A stretch of DNA of 64,000 nt from Magallana gigas (lineage: Eukaryota), in the NCBI RefSeq assembly GCF_963853765.1, contig NC_088860.1, positions 50,840,001 through 50,904,000 of the forward strand. Reading direction: 5' to 3'. The translations under genes were made by a program, and so were the position numbers. Positions within the stretch are counted from its first letter, which is position 1. The number at the start of each line of letters is the position of its first letter. Of the stretch, positions 23,600-35,451 are shown one piece after another. The notes beneath the pieces are model-generated. The model was given only the letters and a program-made list of their open reading frames with translations. It was not told where the DNA came from and did not search any database.

Positions 23600-23910
23600 T
23601 TACCTTTCATGAGTGCTCTGTGGCCACTTATATTTATCAATCTGAGTGAGAAATTTTCGGCGAAACACGAAGAGTGGCCACATTGTTTTGGAAAGTTCTA
23701 ACGTCCAACAATCCCTCTCACCTCGACAACAATTCATATCCGGTGGAAGTTGTGGGCATGCGTGGAACTGATTTTCCCAGTTTCATTGTATGTCTTTTAG
23801 TAAAGTTACTTTCACTTCCGCGAATGCAGTAGGCGAATGCAGAGAATTCTTACGTTCACTCTGAATTAAATTCCACGGCGTTGGAGCGGCACATTTTATT
23901 TCCGCGAAAA
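23600..23910 (-). promoter_or_regulatory. Putative promoter of paralog 2
   Basis: TATA-like ATAAATATAAG at about 23637-23627; TTCN3GAA sites at 23656-23664, 23816-23824 and 23900-23908; ETS-IRF composite/ISRE GGAAGTGAAAGT at 23819-23808. Motif matches only. Confidence 0.6.
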
Positions 23911-25382
23911 GATTTTCAAACCTACATGAACTGATCTACCCGGAAGCCGAGTATAGATCACTGATACCTCCTCACATTGCTAAATCTACGGGGAATTATT
24001 GACTTATTGACATATAGTACTTACTTTGTTAGGACAATCGGGGAATATCCTCTTGTAGGTAGAGTCTTTTGAGGTACAATCGCTCTTTGGAAAAAGGTTA
24101 AGTCAACATTGCCAATGTTAAATTTTTAAAACTTTTTTCATATTCATAATCGATATTCAGGTTGTTTTTTTTTTTGCATGTTGTGTGCGTCCAGCCATTA
24201 TTATACGATGAACACGGAAGTACTTCGAGGTTTGAAGGAAATACAAAATCTATTACAAGGAATATTAGCATTGCTTCCTTAATTTTTGATATATATTTTA
24301 CACATTTGTATATTGCTGTACAAACTTTTTAAACTCATTGTTTCCTGTGTTGTGTACATGTATGTTTGTTTTCTCTAAAATTGATTTACTAATAACGTCA
24401 AACGGACCTACACTTCGACTATGTTTTGGGAAAATATGTTTGTGAATATATAGGTACAGCATATTTCCACATTAGCCTAATATGACAATACGTGAAATAT
24501 TATCATCTAGGCTTTACTGTTAACTTTTTAAATTTTTAATGACGCCATCTATGTTTATAATTAATGAGGTCATATAATGGCGTACGATTATCAATCAGTT
24601 GCATGTCACATTCATCAGAATCAATGCTCCGATCAATAAATAGTACATCCCTTCCTTAAAAGCTAGGAATCGCTATAGCCGTTGATATAAGTCTCACAAC
24701 ATTTAGACTTATAATAGAGAGTAAAGTAAAACAAATTTGAAATCAGGAAAAATACAGCATCTATAATCCAAGTTAAAATTGACATTTTGGACACATCATG
24801 TGAACACTGATTATGAAAAAAGATGTATTTTAAAGGTCTGTGTTAATGTTAATGTTTTGTTGTAATATAACCATGTACATATATAACAAAAAGGTAAAAC
24901 AGGACAATATTTCAATGACGTAGATTAGAAAAAATACATTTTCAAGAATAAATGTAAAACACAATAATTTTCACTGATTGATCAATATGGTTAACATGTG
25001 GTATTTTTTATGACTGTTTATTTAAAAAAAAATTGCAGAATGGTGACCATGTTAACAAATGGGATTAAGCAGCTAATGTTTACGATATGTTTAATGAAGA
25101 AAAAACCCAATATATTTTGCCTTATTTATCTTTGGTTATATTACCCCTTTATTCAGTGAAATGTTTTATTGCTGAGACATTTAATGTGTTAAAAGTCTAA
25201 ATTTGGTTTATGTGCTTATTTCCTTCAAAAATACAAATGAAGACCCGTCAAAAATTTGATGCAGGATTCTAAATAAACAATGACAGTTCTTCATTTGTAC
25301 ATGTATTTTATACCATGCTAATGTTTATTGATGACCTGAGTAAGGAAAGAGTAAATAGAAATAATTTTTTCTGTTTCCATGA

Positions 25383-25477
25383 AACTGGTAAAGCAAACAT
25401 TAACATGTATTCTATTGAGAAATCTACAAACTGGTAAAGCAAACATTTACATGTATTCTATTAAGAAATATACAAAC
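25383..25477. repeat. 46-bp tandem duplication
   Basis: AAACTGGTAAAGCAAACATT.ACATGTATTCTATT.AGAAAT.TAC x2. Confidence 0.8.
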
Positions 25478-27359
25478 TGACTTTCACCAGGATCTTTTTC
25501 GCGAAAGCTTCACACATTGTCTTCCCACGCGACACTTTATTTTCCCCACAACTTATGTCAATGGTCGAATACTATTTTACAAAGAAAAATTGATAATAAT
25601 GATAATAATGATAATGATATAAAAAAAGAAGCCTATTATTCTCACGGGATCCCACAAAAACGATTTTAATATTACCCCTGAGGAAAGGTAATGTGTGACA
25701 GCAAAGGACCAGGAAAGACTTTTTGACTGCCTTGATTTATAGAATAGATATATACACGAGTATCATTGTATCAATTTATTCACATGTTGTGAAAGGGGCG
25801 TTTAAAATCGAGGTAATTTTGCGAAATCCAACAATGTGTTATCCTGTGCTTTTACAAAGACCTAAAACTAATTAAGTAAATGAGAGTAAACTTTTGTGGA
25901 TAAGTTTAGGTTAAATGTAAAACATTGCGTAGATTTATACATTATTGACGGTCATTACTGGAGGTTGAATGTCTTGCAAATTTGATCGAAAAGCAAGCTG
26001 TAATCAGATATACAAGAAATATAAGTTAGTTAAAAATTTAACAAGATAATATGATTTTATTAAATACTCGCTTAAATGTATGTAACAATGCTTTTATTTC
26101 TTGATCAAACCTTCCTCGGTCGTTATTTACAATAAAAACATCCGACTGCAGAACAACACCACAACATATATTTTAAATTTCACATTTAAAAACAAAGTGA
26201 TAGTTTGAACAGTCTGACAGTTTGAACAGTTCCTTTAGTTACCCGCAACACGTATTGATTTGATGCATCATGCCGTTACTTCTCAAAATTGTATGAAATT
26301 TAAGGATGTATGTTTAGGAACTCGATAAATTATTAATTGATCGAGGTGAAGACATGGTTCTTAAAGTATTTTTTTTTTATGAAAGTAGAATATTGTTCCT
26401 TTAACTAATATAGTTATTGTTTTGTAGGAACAATTGAGGTATACTTTTTTATTAGAGGATATTCGTAAGCAATGTAAAGCTATCACGTGATAATGGACTA
26501 AATTGGCTGTAATGTACCGCTTTATTATAATGCATTGACATCTAATAACAGGAAAAGCATTTCGTTTTTTATATGAAATATTATATTTACTAAGTTTTCG
26601 AATTTTTACGTCAAAGTCTGAATAAGATTTTTGTGGCAACGCACTTTAAAAAAAATCAAAGTGCATTAAATTTAGGACCAAATCAACGCATTTTTAAAAT
26701 GTCTTTAAAGTGCATTACATTTTGGACCAAGTTCACAATCTTTGAATAGAAAATTCAGAGTGCCTCATGATTTCAATCAAAACTTTTTAAAATCTTGTTT
26801 CATCAGCTTGTTTGTCATCTATTACATACCTAATGAATTTCTGAATAGTTTTCGGTTCCATTTCTTACGATTATTTCTGGCAATTCATATATTCTTTAAT
26901 CCCATATTTTTGTAAGGTTTTGAGGATTTACATTAGCAATGGCACAGACAAATAAATGTAGATATATCGAAAAAAAAAAACATGATTTTTTCACTTTATC
27001 GAATTCCTTGTTGTGACTAGCACAATCTTAATTCTTTGATTCTGTGTGTAGGAGCGCGGTATTGATGCACTGAATTCAAAGGAGCACATGATTGATTCGC
27101 AAAATATCAAAGAAGAACGAAAAATTCATCGAATTTTAAGGGACACAGACTTGATACATTAAAACCGCATGACCACAAACTTGGATCCCATGTTGGTACA
27201 CGGGAAGTAAAACATCCCTTGCAGGATTTTGTTTCTGATTGGTGGCCAGTTAAGTTCATTCATTGGCGGATTCTGTTTGATAATGATTGATATTGACTTT
27301 GTGTTTTTCCCTAATATGACATTTTCCCGATTTTGACATTTACCTCAATTATGACGTGC

Positions 27360-27560
27360 CCAGTAGTGTTTAACCCGATTACGACAAAGAGCACACGGCG
27401 GGTGCGACTGGTCAGCAGATCATGCTCACTCCACCTGATCCTACCTCTATCTATTTGGAGGTCCGTGTTGCTTTGCTTTGAATTTGTATTTCGTTTTATG
27501 GATTTTTTCAGATGGTTCAAGGTTTGTTATTGTCATTTTTTCATTGTAATATGCTGTCAT
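27360..27560 (+). mobile_element. Penelope-like element 3-prime tail fragment, inverted relative to the 33.6-kb copy
   Basis: The reverse complement is nearly identical to 33570-33710 (both translate spuriously as KSIKRNTNSKQSNTDLQIDRGRI). Confidence 0.7.
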
Positions 27561-27622
27561 CTCTGGCATTTGATTGGTTTTAATTTACGATGAGTGCACT
27601 CGCCATTTTTTTCTGATGTATA

Positions 27623-27826
27623 CTGTGGTTTCATTTATATTCAATGGTATCAATTTTCGTGAATTAAGTGAAAATCACAGTGTCAAGGATACGTAAATTC
27701 GTGGCCAATGACCCTTTCAATACAAAATGTTAATAGAAATTGCGTTTCAATGAAAATTTAATTTCATGGATCAACTCAACAACAAAATCCACGAAAATTG
27801 GTATTCAACGAATATTGAAACCACAG
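27623..27826. mobile_element. Tc1/mariner-type MITE, 204 bp
   Basis: TA|CTGTGGTTTCA...ATCAATTTTCGTG ... CACGAAAATTGGTAT...TGAAACCACAG|TA. Confidence 0.85.
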
Positions 27827-28380
27827 TATTTGAAGATAGATTCATGTCTGAGAATACTAACTTTTGTTTTGACATCAGTCATTTGTTTCAAAAGTATAAT
27901 CCCCTATTAAAAGTGTTCATTTTTGCTCTTTCTGCTCGCTCATGCTTTAGCTCTTTGAAAGTTAAATGCATGATACAACACAAAAGTTAGTAATGTAAAC
28001 AGTTCAAATTGTGTTTTCTCAATGTCAAAACTATTTCTTTTTACAATTGAATACAAATATCTTTGCCCGGGAAACGATAACTCAGAACTTTTGCTTTTGG
28101 AAACCAATAGATGAAATTTCGGCGGTGAGCTGTAAAATGTCTGCGAAAAGAGATTGAAGTATGCATAAGTTTTAAAAGTATAAAAACGATTATTACCGAG
28201 TCTAATGGGAATATTTCAGTGTGAACCTATTTTTTGACAACATTTGCAACATATTGTGAAAGGATTTGCGTAACTTTTGTAAATTATTATTTATCAAAAG
28301 CCTAAAACGGTGTTGAATTCACAATTATTTTATTTACAAATTTTCAGTTTGCAAAATCGCATTTCACCTTTATGCATATA

Positions 28381-28769
28381 GTGTAGCGGATAGTGGATGG
28401 AATATTTCGCTTGTGGATACAAGCACCAAATTTTGCATGAAGGTTCCTTGAACATTACTTGATCAAAAAATATCGTTGGCCATTCAAGTTTTGGTCATTT
28501 TCAAGATGGCCGACTCTTATTTCAAAATGGCGTCTTTTTTCCAAAATGTTTTCATGATATTTTAAATATTTCTGGGTAATGTTTTTATTTTCTGTAAAAT
28601 TATGAAGAAGAATTTGATGTATGATATAATTTGATGTTCATTTCATATATGAACACTCTGCGCATGCGTTTAAAAAGATGCTGCAGCTCATTTTTGAATG
28701 TACATGATCTAATCGTCTTGTATCCACAAGTGAAATATCTTGCTGAAATATTGACCTAAGCCGCTACAC
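28381..28769. mobile_element. MITE with TA TSD, about 390 bp
   Basis: TA|GTGTAGCGG...ATATTTCGCTTGTGGATACAAG ... CTTGTATCCACAAGTGAAATAT...CCGCTACAC|TA. Confidence 0.8.
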
Positions 28770-29153
28770 TAATATACATGTACAATAAACAATAAAACAT
28801 CATCATATGATCAGTAATAAATTGCGCTTAGCATTGCTAATACTGCTATATATCCTTAACATCTGCTATCAATGAAGACGTGCATTCAATAACAATTATG
28901 CTTCTTCATGAACAAATGGATATCGTCTTCAACAACTATTAAAGCAATTATCATATCTCATTTTTTTCAGGTCGAATATGAAAGCTTTTATAAGATAATA
29001 TAGTTTGAATTGAAGTTTTCACAAATACATGTAGTGTTGACCCATATAAAATAAGTATTCTTTATCCAAAACAGAGAGGAGGTAGTTTTTGATGAATAAA
29101 TGTGATTGAATTTTAATAATTTTACATTCTTTATAATGCATGTAATTTGTCGG

Positions 29154-30555
29154 CTGTTGAGACTGTGTAAACCAAAGATGTACTTGGATACTGTTATGAA
29201 AGTTACTGTTAAGACTATGTACACCAAATATAGAAGTAGACACGATTACTGTTGAGACTATATAAACTAAAAATGTGAGTAAACACGGTTATAAAACTTA
29301 CTGTTGAGACTGAGTTAACCAAAGATGTGAGTAGACACGGTTATAAAACTTACTGTTGAGACTGTATAAACTAAAAATGTGAGTAAACACGGTTATAAAA
29401 CTTACTGTTGAGACTGTATAAACTAAAAATGTGAGTAAACACGGTTATAAAACTTACTGTTGAGACTGAGTAAACCAAAGATGTGAGTAGACACGGTTAT
29501 AAAACTTACTGTTGAGACTGTATAAACTAAAAATGTGAGTAAACACGGTTATAAAACTTACTGTTGAGACTGTGTAAACCAAAGACGTAGTTGGAAACGG
29601 TAACAAAAGTTACTGTAGAGACTGTGTAAACCAAAATTGTGAGTAGACACGGTTACAAAGGTTACCATTGAGACAGTGTAAACTAAAGATGTGAGAAGAC
29701 ACGGTTACAAAGGTTACTGTCAAGACTGTGTAAACCAAAGATTTTAGAAGACACGTGGTTACAAAGGTTACTGTTGAGACTGTGTGGACCAAAGATGTGA
29801 TTAGAAACGATTACTAAGGTAACTGTTTAGACAGTGTAAACCAAGGATGTGAGTAGAAACGTGGTTACAAAGGTTTCTGTTGAGACTGTGTAAACCAAGA
29901 ATGTGATAAGACAGGTGTTCACAAAGGTTACTGTTGAGACAAAGTAAACAGAAAATGTGAATAGACATGGCTACTTAGTCTACTATTGAGACTCTATAAA
30001 CAAAAGATGTGAGTAGACACGGCTACAAAGGTTACTGTTGAAACTTTGTAAACCAAAGATTTTAGAAGACACGTGGTTACAAAGGTTACTGTTGAGACTG
30101 TGTTGACCAAAGATGTGATTAGAACGTTTACTAAGGTTACTGTTTAGACAGTGTAAACCAAAGATGTGAGTAGAAACGTGGTTACAAAGGTTGCTGTTGA
30201 GACTGTGTAAACCAAGAATGTGATAAGACAGGTGTTTACAAAGGTCACTGTTGAGACAGTGTAAACCAACGATTTCGTAAGACACGGTTACAAGGTTATT
30301 GTTTAGACAGTGTGAACTAAAAATGTGAGTAGACACGGTTACAAAGATTACTATTGAGACAGTGTAAGGCAAAAATGTGAGTAGACACGGTTACAAAGGT
30401 TACCGTTGAGACAGTGTAAACTAAAGATGTGAGTAGACACGGTTATCAAGGTTACTATTGAGACGGTGTAAACCAAATATGTAAGTAACCAGTTACAAAG
30501 ATTACTGTTGAGACATTGTAAACCAAAGATATGGGTAGACACGGTTACAAAGGTT
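29154..30555. repeat. 52-bp tandem array, about 27 copies, with higher-order blocks
   Basis: Unit GAGACTGTGTAAACCAAAGATGTGAGTAGACACGGTTACAAAGGTTACTGTT; period 52 (29303, 29355); source of several spurious ORFs. Confidence 0.95.
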
Positions 30556-30820
30556 GACCGTTCGTCAGAGAAGGAGGTTGAGATCGATGTGGTTTTCTTG
30601 GCTTGTTTGACTCTACAGTTTATGTCTGGACCACTCGCTTTGAATGTTTTGACTCTTTGCTTAGCTAATCTTATCAGGGTTTTTGCGGTGCGTCGTGTAT
30701 TTGATTTTGATTTGGTAAACGGTCCCTTTAATCCGTATTCCTATGCTAAGTTTAAGTTTTGGTTTTATTAACGATAATCATAACAATAGCTATTGTTGTT
30801 TTACTAATGATTATTTATTT

Positions 30821-32953
30821 AACAAGAGGCCAATTGGACGTAACGGTCACCTGAGTACCATAAACAAACTTGTCGAGGAGTCTCATATATGCATTTAATT
30901 AATTAGGTTTTATTCTGGAGTAGAAAAATTATAAATATGTAATGAGGACCACCTCCCTGCCTGAAATATTTTAAAACAAACTGTGAAATCTATAATTTTG
31001 GCGAACAACCTAAAGATCTAGTCTTCAAAGTCATGAAATAAGTTTTCCTTTCAGGTGTGTAGGAGTAAAGAAGATACTTTTTAACATCATATGCATAAAC
31101 ACCTTTACATCCATTTTGGCCCTGTCCTAGAGTCAAAACCCATACTCCAGGGGACATTAACATTGAAATTTCAGTAGAGGACTAGAGGACTCCAGGTAAA
31201 CATAATGATAAGTCATTTTTATACAGATGTGTGAGAATAGAGAAGAAATTTTATAAACATTATATGCATTAACACTATATTGCCCCCCCCCCCTCTCCCT
31301 CATGCCCTGAACCCCGGACCCAGTGGCCATGAATTTCACAATTTACGTAGAGGAGTTAGTGGACATCATAACCATGTATTCAGTTCTTTGCCTGCATGGG
31401 AGTAGAAAAGATTTTTTAAGATTAAAAAAAACCGTTTACTATAGTATTTTTAAGATTTTATGGCCATATTGGTTCCACCATAGAGCCTGAACCCCTGAAA
31501 CTGGGGCCATGAATTTCACAATTTTGGTAGAGGGCCTCATGGACATCATAATCATGCATTTAGTTTTTAACAAATATATATGGGAGTAGAGAAGAAAATG
31601 TTCTAAGATTTAATATATCTTAATTATATGGCCATATTGGCCCCACCCTATGAATTTCCCAATTTAGGTTGATGGCTTCTTGGACGTCATACTTATGCGT
31701 TTAGTGTTTAACAAATTTATATTGTAGTAGAAAAGAAGATATTCTAAGATTTAATGCATTTTAACTATATGTCCATATTGGCCCCACCCTAGAGCCAGAA
31801 CCCCTGACCCAGGGGCCATGGATTTCACAATTTTGGTAGGAAGCTTCATTGACATCATAACTATGCAACCAGTTTTTTCCTCACAAGAGTTGGAGTAGAG
31901 AAGAAGATTTTTGCTTTTTTTGCGTGGACCCTGAGGTCCACGCAGAAAATATATAAGCGAGGTTAAACCGGATGCTATGGAGAAAATTCAGCCTGCTCAT
32001 GAGCTAGCCTGGTTCCTGTGCGTAATGGGTAGCTCAGGGAACCAGGCTAACACACGTTTATCTGCATCGGGATCCGGATTCACATAACACATAAGTAATT
32101 GTAAAGTTGTCGGTAAACAGTGCAGAAACAAAGTATTTCTTTTAAAGAAAAGATTGGCATGTGATATGAACTATCAGTATTATGAAATAAGTTCATGTTA
32201 TGCTGAAACTACAACATGCATCAAATAGCATAATTTGCAATGTTTTGTTTTCCGAATACACATATGTAACTAAACTTTACTTTTATAGTAGGCAAGGCTA
32301 GATAAATTCCCGATTAATTTTTTTAAGCATTTAAGTATGCTTGAATAATTATGTCACTGTATAAAAGTTTAAATCTCAAGAAAAATGCATCAAAATATGA
32401 AATTTTTGATTTACACAAAGCTGTCACTGCATAGTTAACAAAGTAGTGCGAATCGTAATGTGTGCGCAAATAGTAGAATTAACCGAATGCCTGATACTAT
32501 ACATGCAAACTTCATGCATATATAGATCATAATTTTTTTTAGACATATTAACCCTTTAAATTCTGAGATAAAAAGTCAGGAGTAAACATACATGTATACG
32601 TAATACAACGTACAAATTTAGTGGTTAAAAGCAGAGGGCTATAGTCGGTGGAATCTCTCATAAACTTAAGGCTTTCACGTTTTCGTTTGAAACACATGCA
32701 AATGGTCCACGTATTGTAGTTCTTTTTTAAAGGACAGCAACTTGTTTTTACATATTTGTCGCCACATCTGGCGCCCCGGTGGTGGAAGAACCATGGATTT
32801 CACAATTTAGATTCTTCCTACCATCGAAATGCCTCAAAGCAAAAATGGTAACAATCAGTCTTGTAGTTTTTAAGAAGGTAAAATATAAAATTGTTAACGC
32901 AAGACGGACTTCGCACGACGACAGACAAAAACGGATAGCAAAAGACCTAAAAA
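30821..32953 (+). mobile_element. Helentron-type non-autonomous element (HINE) carrying about 166-bp Cg170-like satellite units, with a nested insertion at about 31913-32745
   Basis: Starts AACAAGAGGCC...TCACCTGAG, contains repeated GGCCATGAATTTCACAATTT...GGACATCATAA...GGAGTAGAGAAGAAG units, and ends GACGACAGACAAAAACGGATAGCAA..GACCTAAAAA. The nested insert starts with the hairpin TGCGTGGACC-CTGA-GGTCCACGCA. Family name is from memory. Confidence 0.75.
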
Positions 32954-33559
32954 TACATTTATATTTTCTTCTGATTTTATCATAAATAGGTTTTTGCAAA
33001 ACTAAAGCGAATTTTATTTTAGTAAGGATATTGCCATTTTTTAAAGACAATTTTAATGTTTTTTTTTAAATAATAATGATTTTTTTGTAATTGTTTACCG
33101 AATGACTATATGTATTTTTTCTGCGTGGTGGTCGCGTACAGCTCTTTTTCGCGGCCTTTCTATATATCTGTTTATATTCTTGCCGACGTATTGAAAACGT
33201 TTACGTATTTCAGATACTTCTTCGCAAAATAATATTAATATTGCACATGTATACAAAACAATGAATTTTAACATATCTTTATTATTTTCTTGGTCAAAGA
33301 GAAATAATCATCAAATTATTATGAAACAAGTATAGCTATTTTAAGCAATCAGGCTTTTCAGATCTATAAACGCGTCATGTATTCTGAAATAGTGTCGTCC
33401 CTACTAGTTTATACACGGAATGAGAAATTACTCATTTACAATTATATTAAGAGGATATTTGAATATGTGTACTCATCTAGGTATAAAAGCTATGATGCAT
33501 TAAAAAGCTTTAATGCACACATATGCATAAATGTTTTCAATGAAAAAATGACAATAACA

Positions 33560-34290
33560 AACCGTGAACAATCTCAAAAATCCATAAAACGAAATACAAA
33601 TTCAAAGCAGAGCAACACGGACCTCCAAATAGATAGAGGTAGGATCATTTGCCTATGAGGCGTAAGAATCCTCTGCTGACCGGTTACAACCGCTGGGTGC
33701 TCTTTGTCGTAAAATTCGGAAAAGTCTGTAGACAAATAGGTGATTAATTATGGTTACACAAATAGTATGAAAAACGTCAGTCAGCATGCGACCCAGTGGA
33801 AGATTGTATTTGCTGACAAGGTCGTTATATCGACCATATAACTTACAAAAAGATAACTTCAAACGAGACCGTTGATAGGCCTGTTTTTATCAACTTGTTT
33901 GTCAGTAGCTTGTTTCGTCTTAAAAACTGTTCATACGAAGAGCACGCCCTTGCGTATCGAATCAACTGAGGGACAAAACACCATTTGCAGGTGATGAAGG
34001 TATATTGCTACAATTACATAAGGAAAGCTTACTATAGAAAACTTGAAGTCATCGCGTTTATCATAAAGTTTTGCTGTTACGTAACCATCAATGTCTATGT
34101 CCAGTGAAATATCCAAATATGAAACAGATGTCGCAGACTCTATGGTATCTTTTATTTCAAATTCACTGGGATATATCGAGTTGACGTAAGTATGGAAATA
34201 ACAATTGTTAATTGATAATACGTCGTCGATATACCTGAATGTTGAATTGAAGGCCACAGCGAGTGATTTTTTTTTCACGTTATACTTATA
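33560..34290 (-). mobile_element. 5-prime-truncated, frameshifted Penelope-like retroelement (RT C-terminal part plus tail)
   Basis: SLAVAFNSTFRYIDDVLSINN...SYLDI...LYDKRDDFKFSIVSFPY (YIDD RT motif), continuing after frameshifts as KLSFCKLYGRYNDLVSKY. Confidence 0.85.
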
Positions 34291-35451
34291 TGACAATAAA
34301 ATTAAATATGATGAATAATATATTATCAAAAACAATCAATGGAACCGACAATATCAATTTTAATTTATCGATACACTATCTTTTTTAAACATCGAATGAC
34401 GATTAAGACAAATAGCATGTAAAGTAACATTTGGCCTAGTGATGCAGCCTACTGATCTACTGATTAACATCAGACAGATTTGTGTCTCGAAACCCTATCG
34501 CGACAGCTGATTTTTATATGAATATTATATACTATAAATATTATTGATTTTTCAAGTGCCATTTAACTTAAAATATCATACAATAGATAGAAAACAACGA
34601 TAATAAAAACTCATAATCATATTACATAATCAACATGGAGTTTTTTCAAACTATGTATTAAGCCGAGATCTATTTTTTTTGTATTTCCGCGTTTTGCTAA
34701 CTAGCATAAAAAACTTAATACCGTAATAACAACATATCCTGTTATAAAAACTGACATTATAAGACTAAGGGAGAATGGAAGCAGTGAGTATTAGTAGAAT
34801 CCTCATTCTTACTTTATTATAAACAACCAAAGTTTACGTACTTATGTTTTTGAATAATTGATTAGGCTGTACACTGTTTAAAATAGGAAACAGCGCTTGT
34901 ATTATAAAATAGTAAACATTTAAGACTTTAGGTATTTTTTCTAGCAATCTTTTAAAAACTTTTAGGGTGTCAAGTACATTGCATTATTTTCACGTAAATT
35001 TGTTATCAATTTCTGTAAATATTTGCGATGTTGTATTTTTTCAGACGTTTTTATTAGGTAAATCTTTGACATGAAAATGATAAACACAAATATAACAACC
35101 GGGAAGAAAGTTATTTCTATAAAAAGTCTGATAATCACCAATTGTATAATAAAAGTAAAGGTTCAAAAATTACGAAAATCATACACAAACAGAGTAATTA
35201 GAATCACAACAAAGATTGATGTAAACAAGACGTTTTGATGCCTCTAAGTTTGTTAATAAAAATACGATTAAATAAAGTACAAAATAATATATTACAAAAT
35301 ACACATAAATTTAATGCCCCTTCCTTAACATAGATAATTGCTAAAAAACATTTTTTCTTGTATAAAGGCAACGCCTAAAAATGAAACAATGCGGTACATC
35401 TATTTTTCTGTCCCACTTATGTTCATAACAATTAGCAGCAAGGCAGACACG

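Noticed and set aside
23604-23610. Alternative exon 1 ATG AAA G|GTAAGG for paralog 2 (would give a signal-less isoform)
   Set aside because: It lies only about 20 nt from the TATA box, at or before the expected TSS, and gives no hydrophobic leader. The 34-nt exon at 23572-23539 matches paralog 1 and gives a good signal peptide. Still worth a 5-prime RACE check.
29610-30542. Cys/His-rich ORFs resembling zinc fingers
   Set aside because: Translations of the 52-bp satellite, whose unit is not a multiple of 3; no C2H2 spacing.
33560-33800. Hammerhead ribozyme expected in Penelope-like tails
   Set aside because: I could not find a CTGANGA...GAAA core with supporting stems in any of the three tails.
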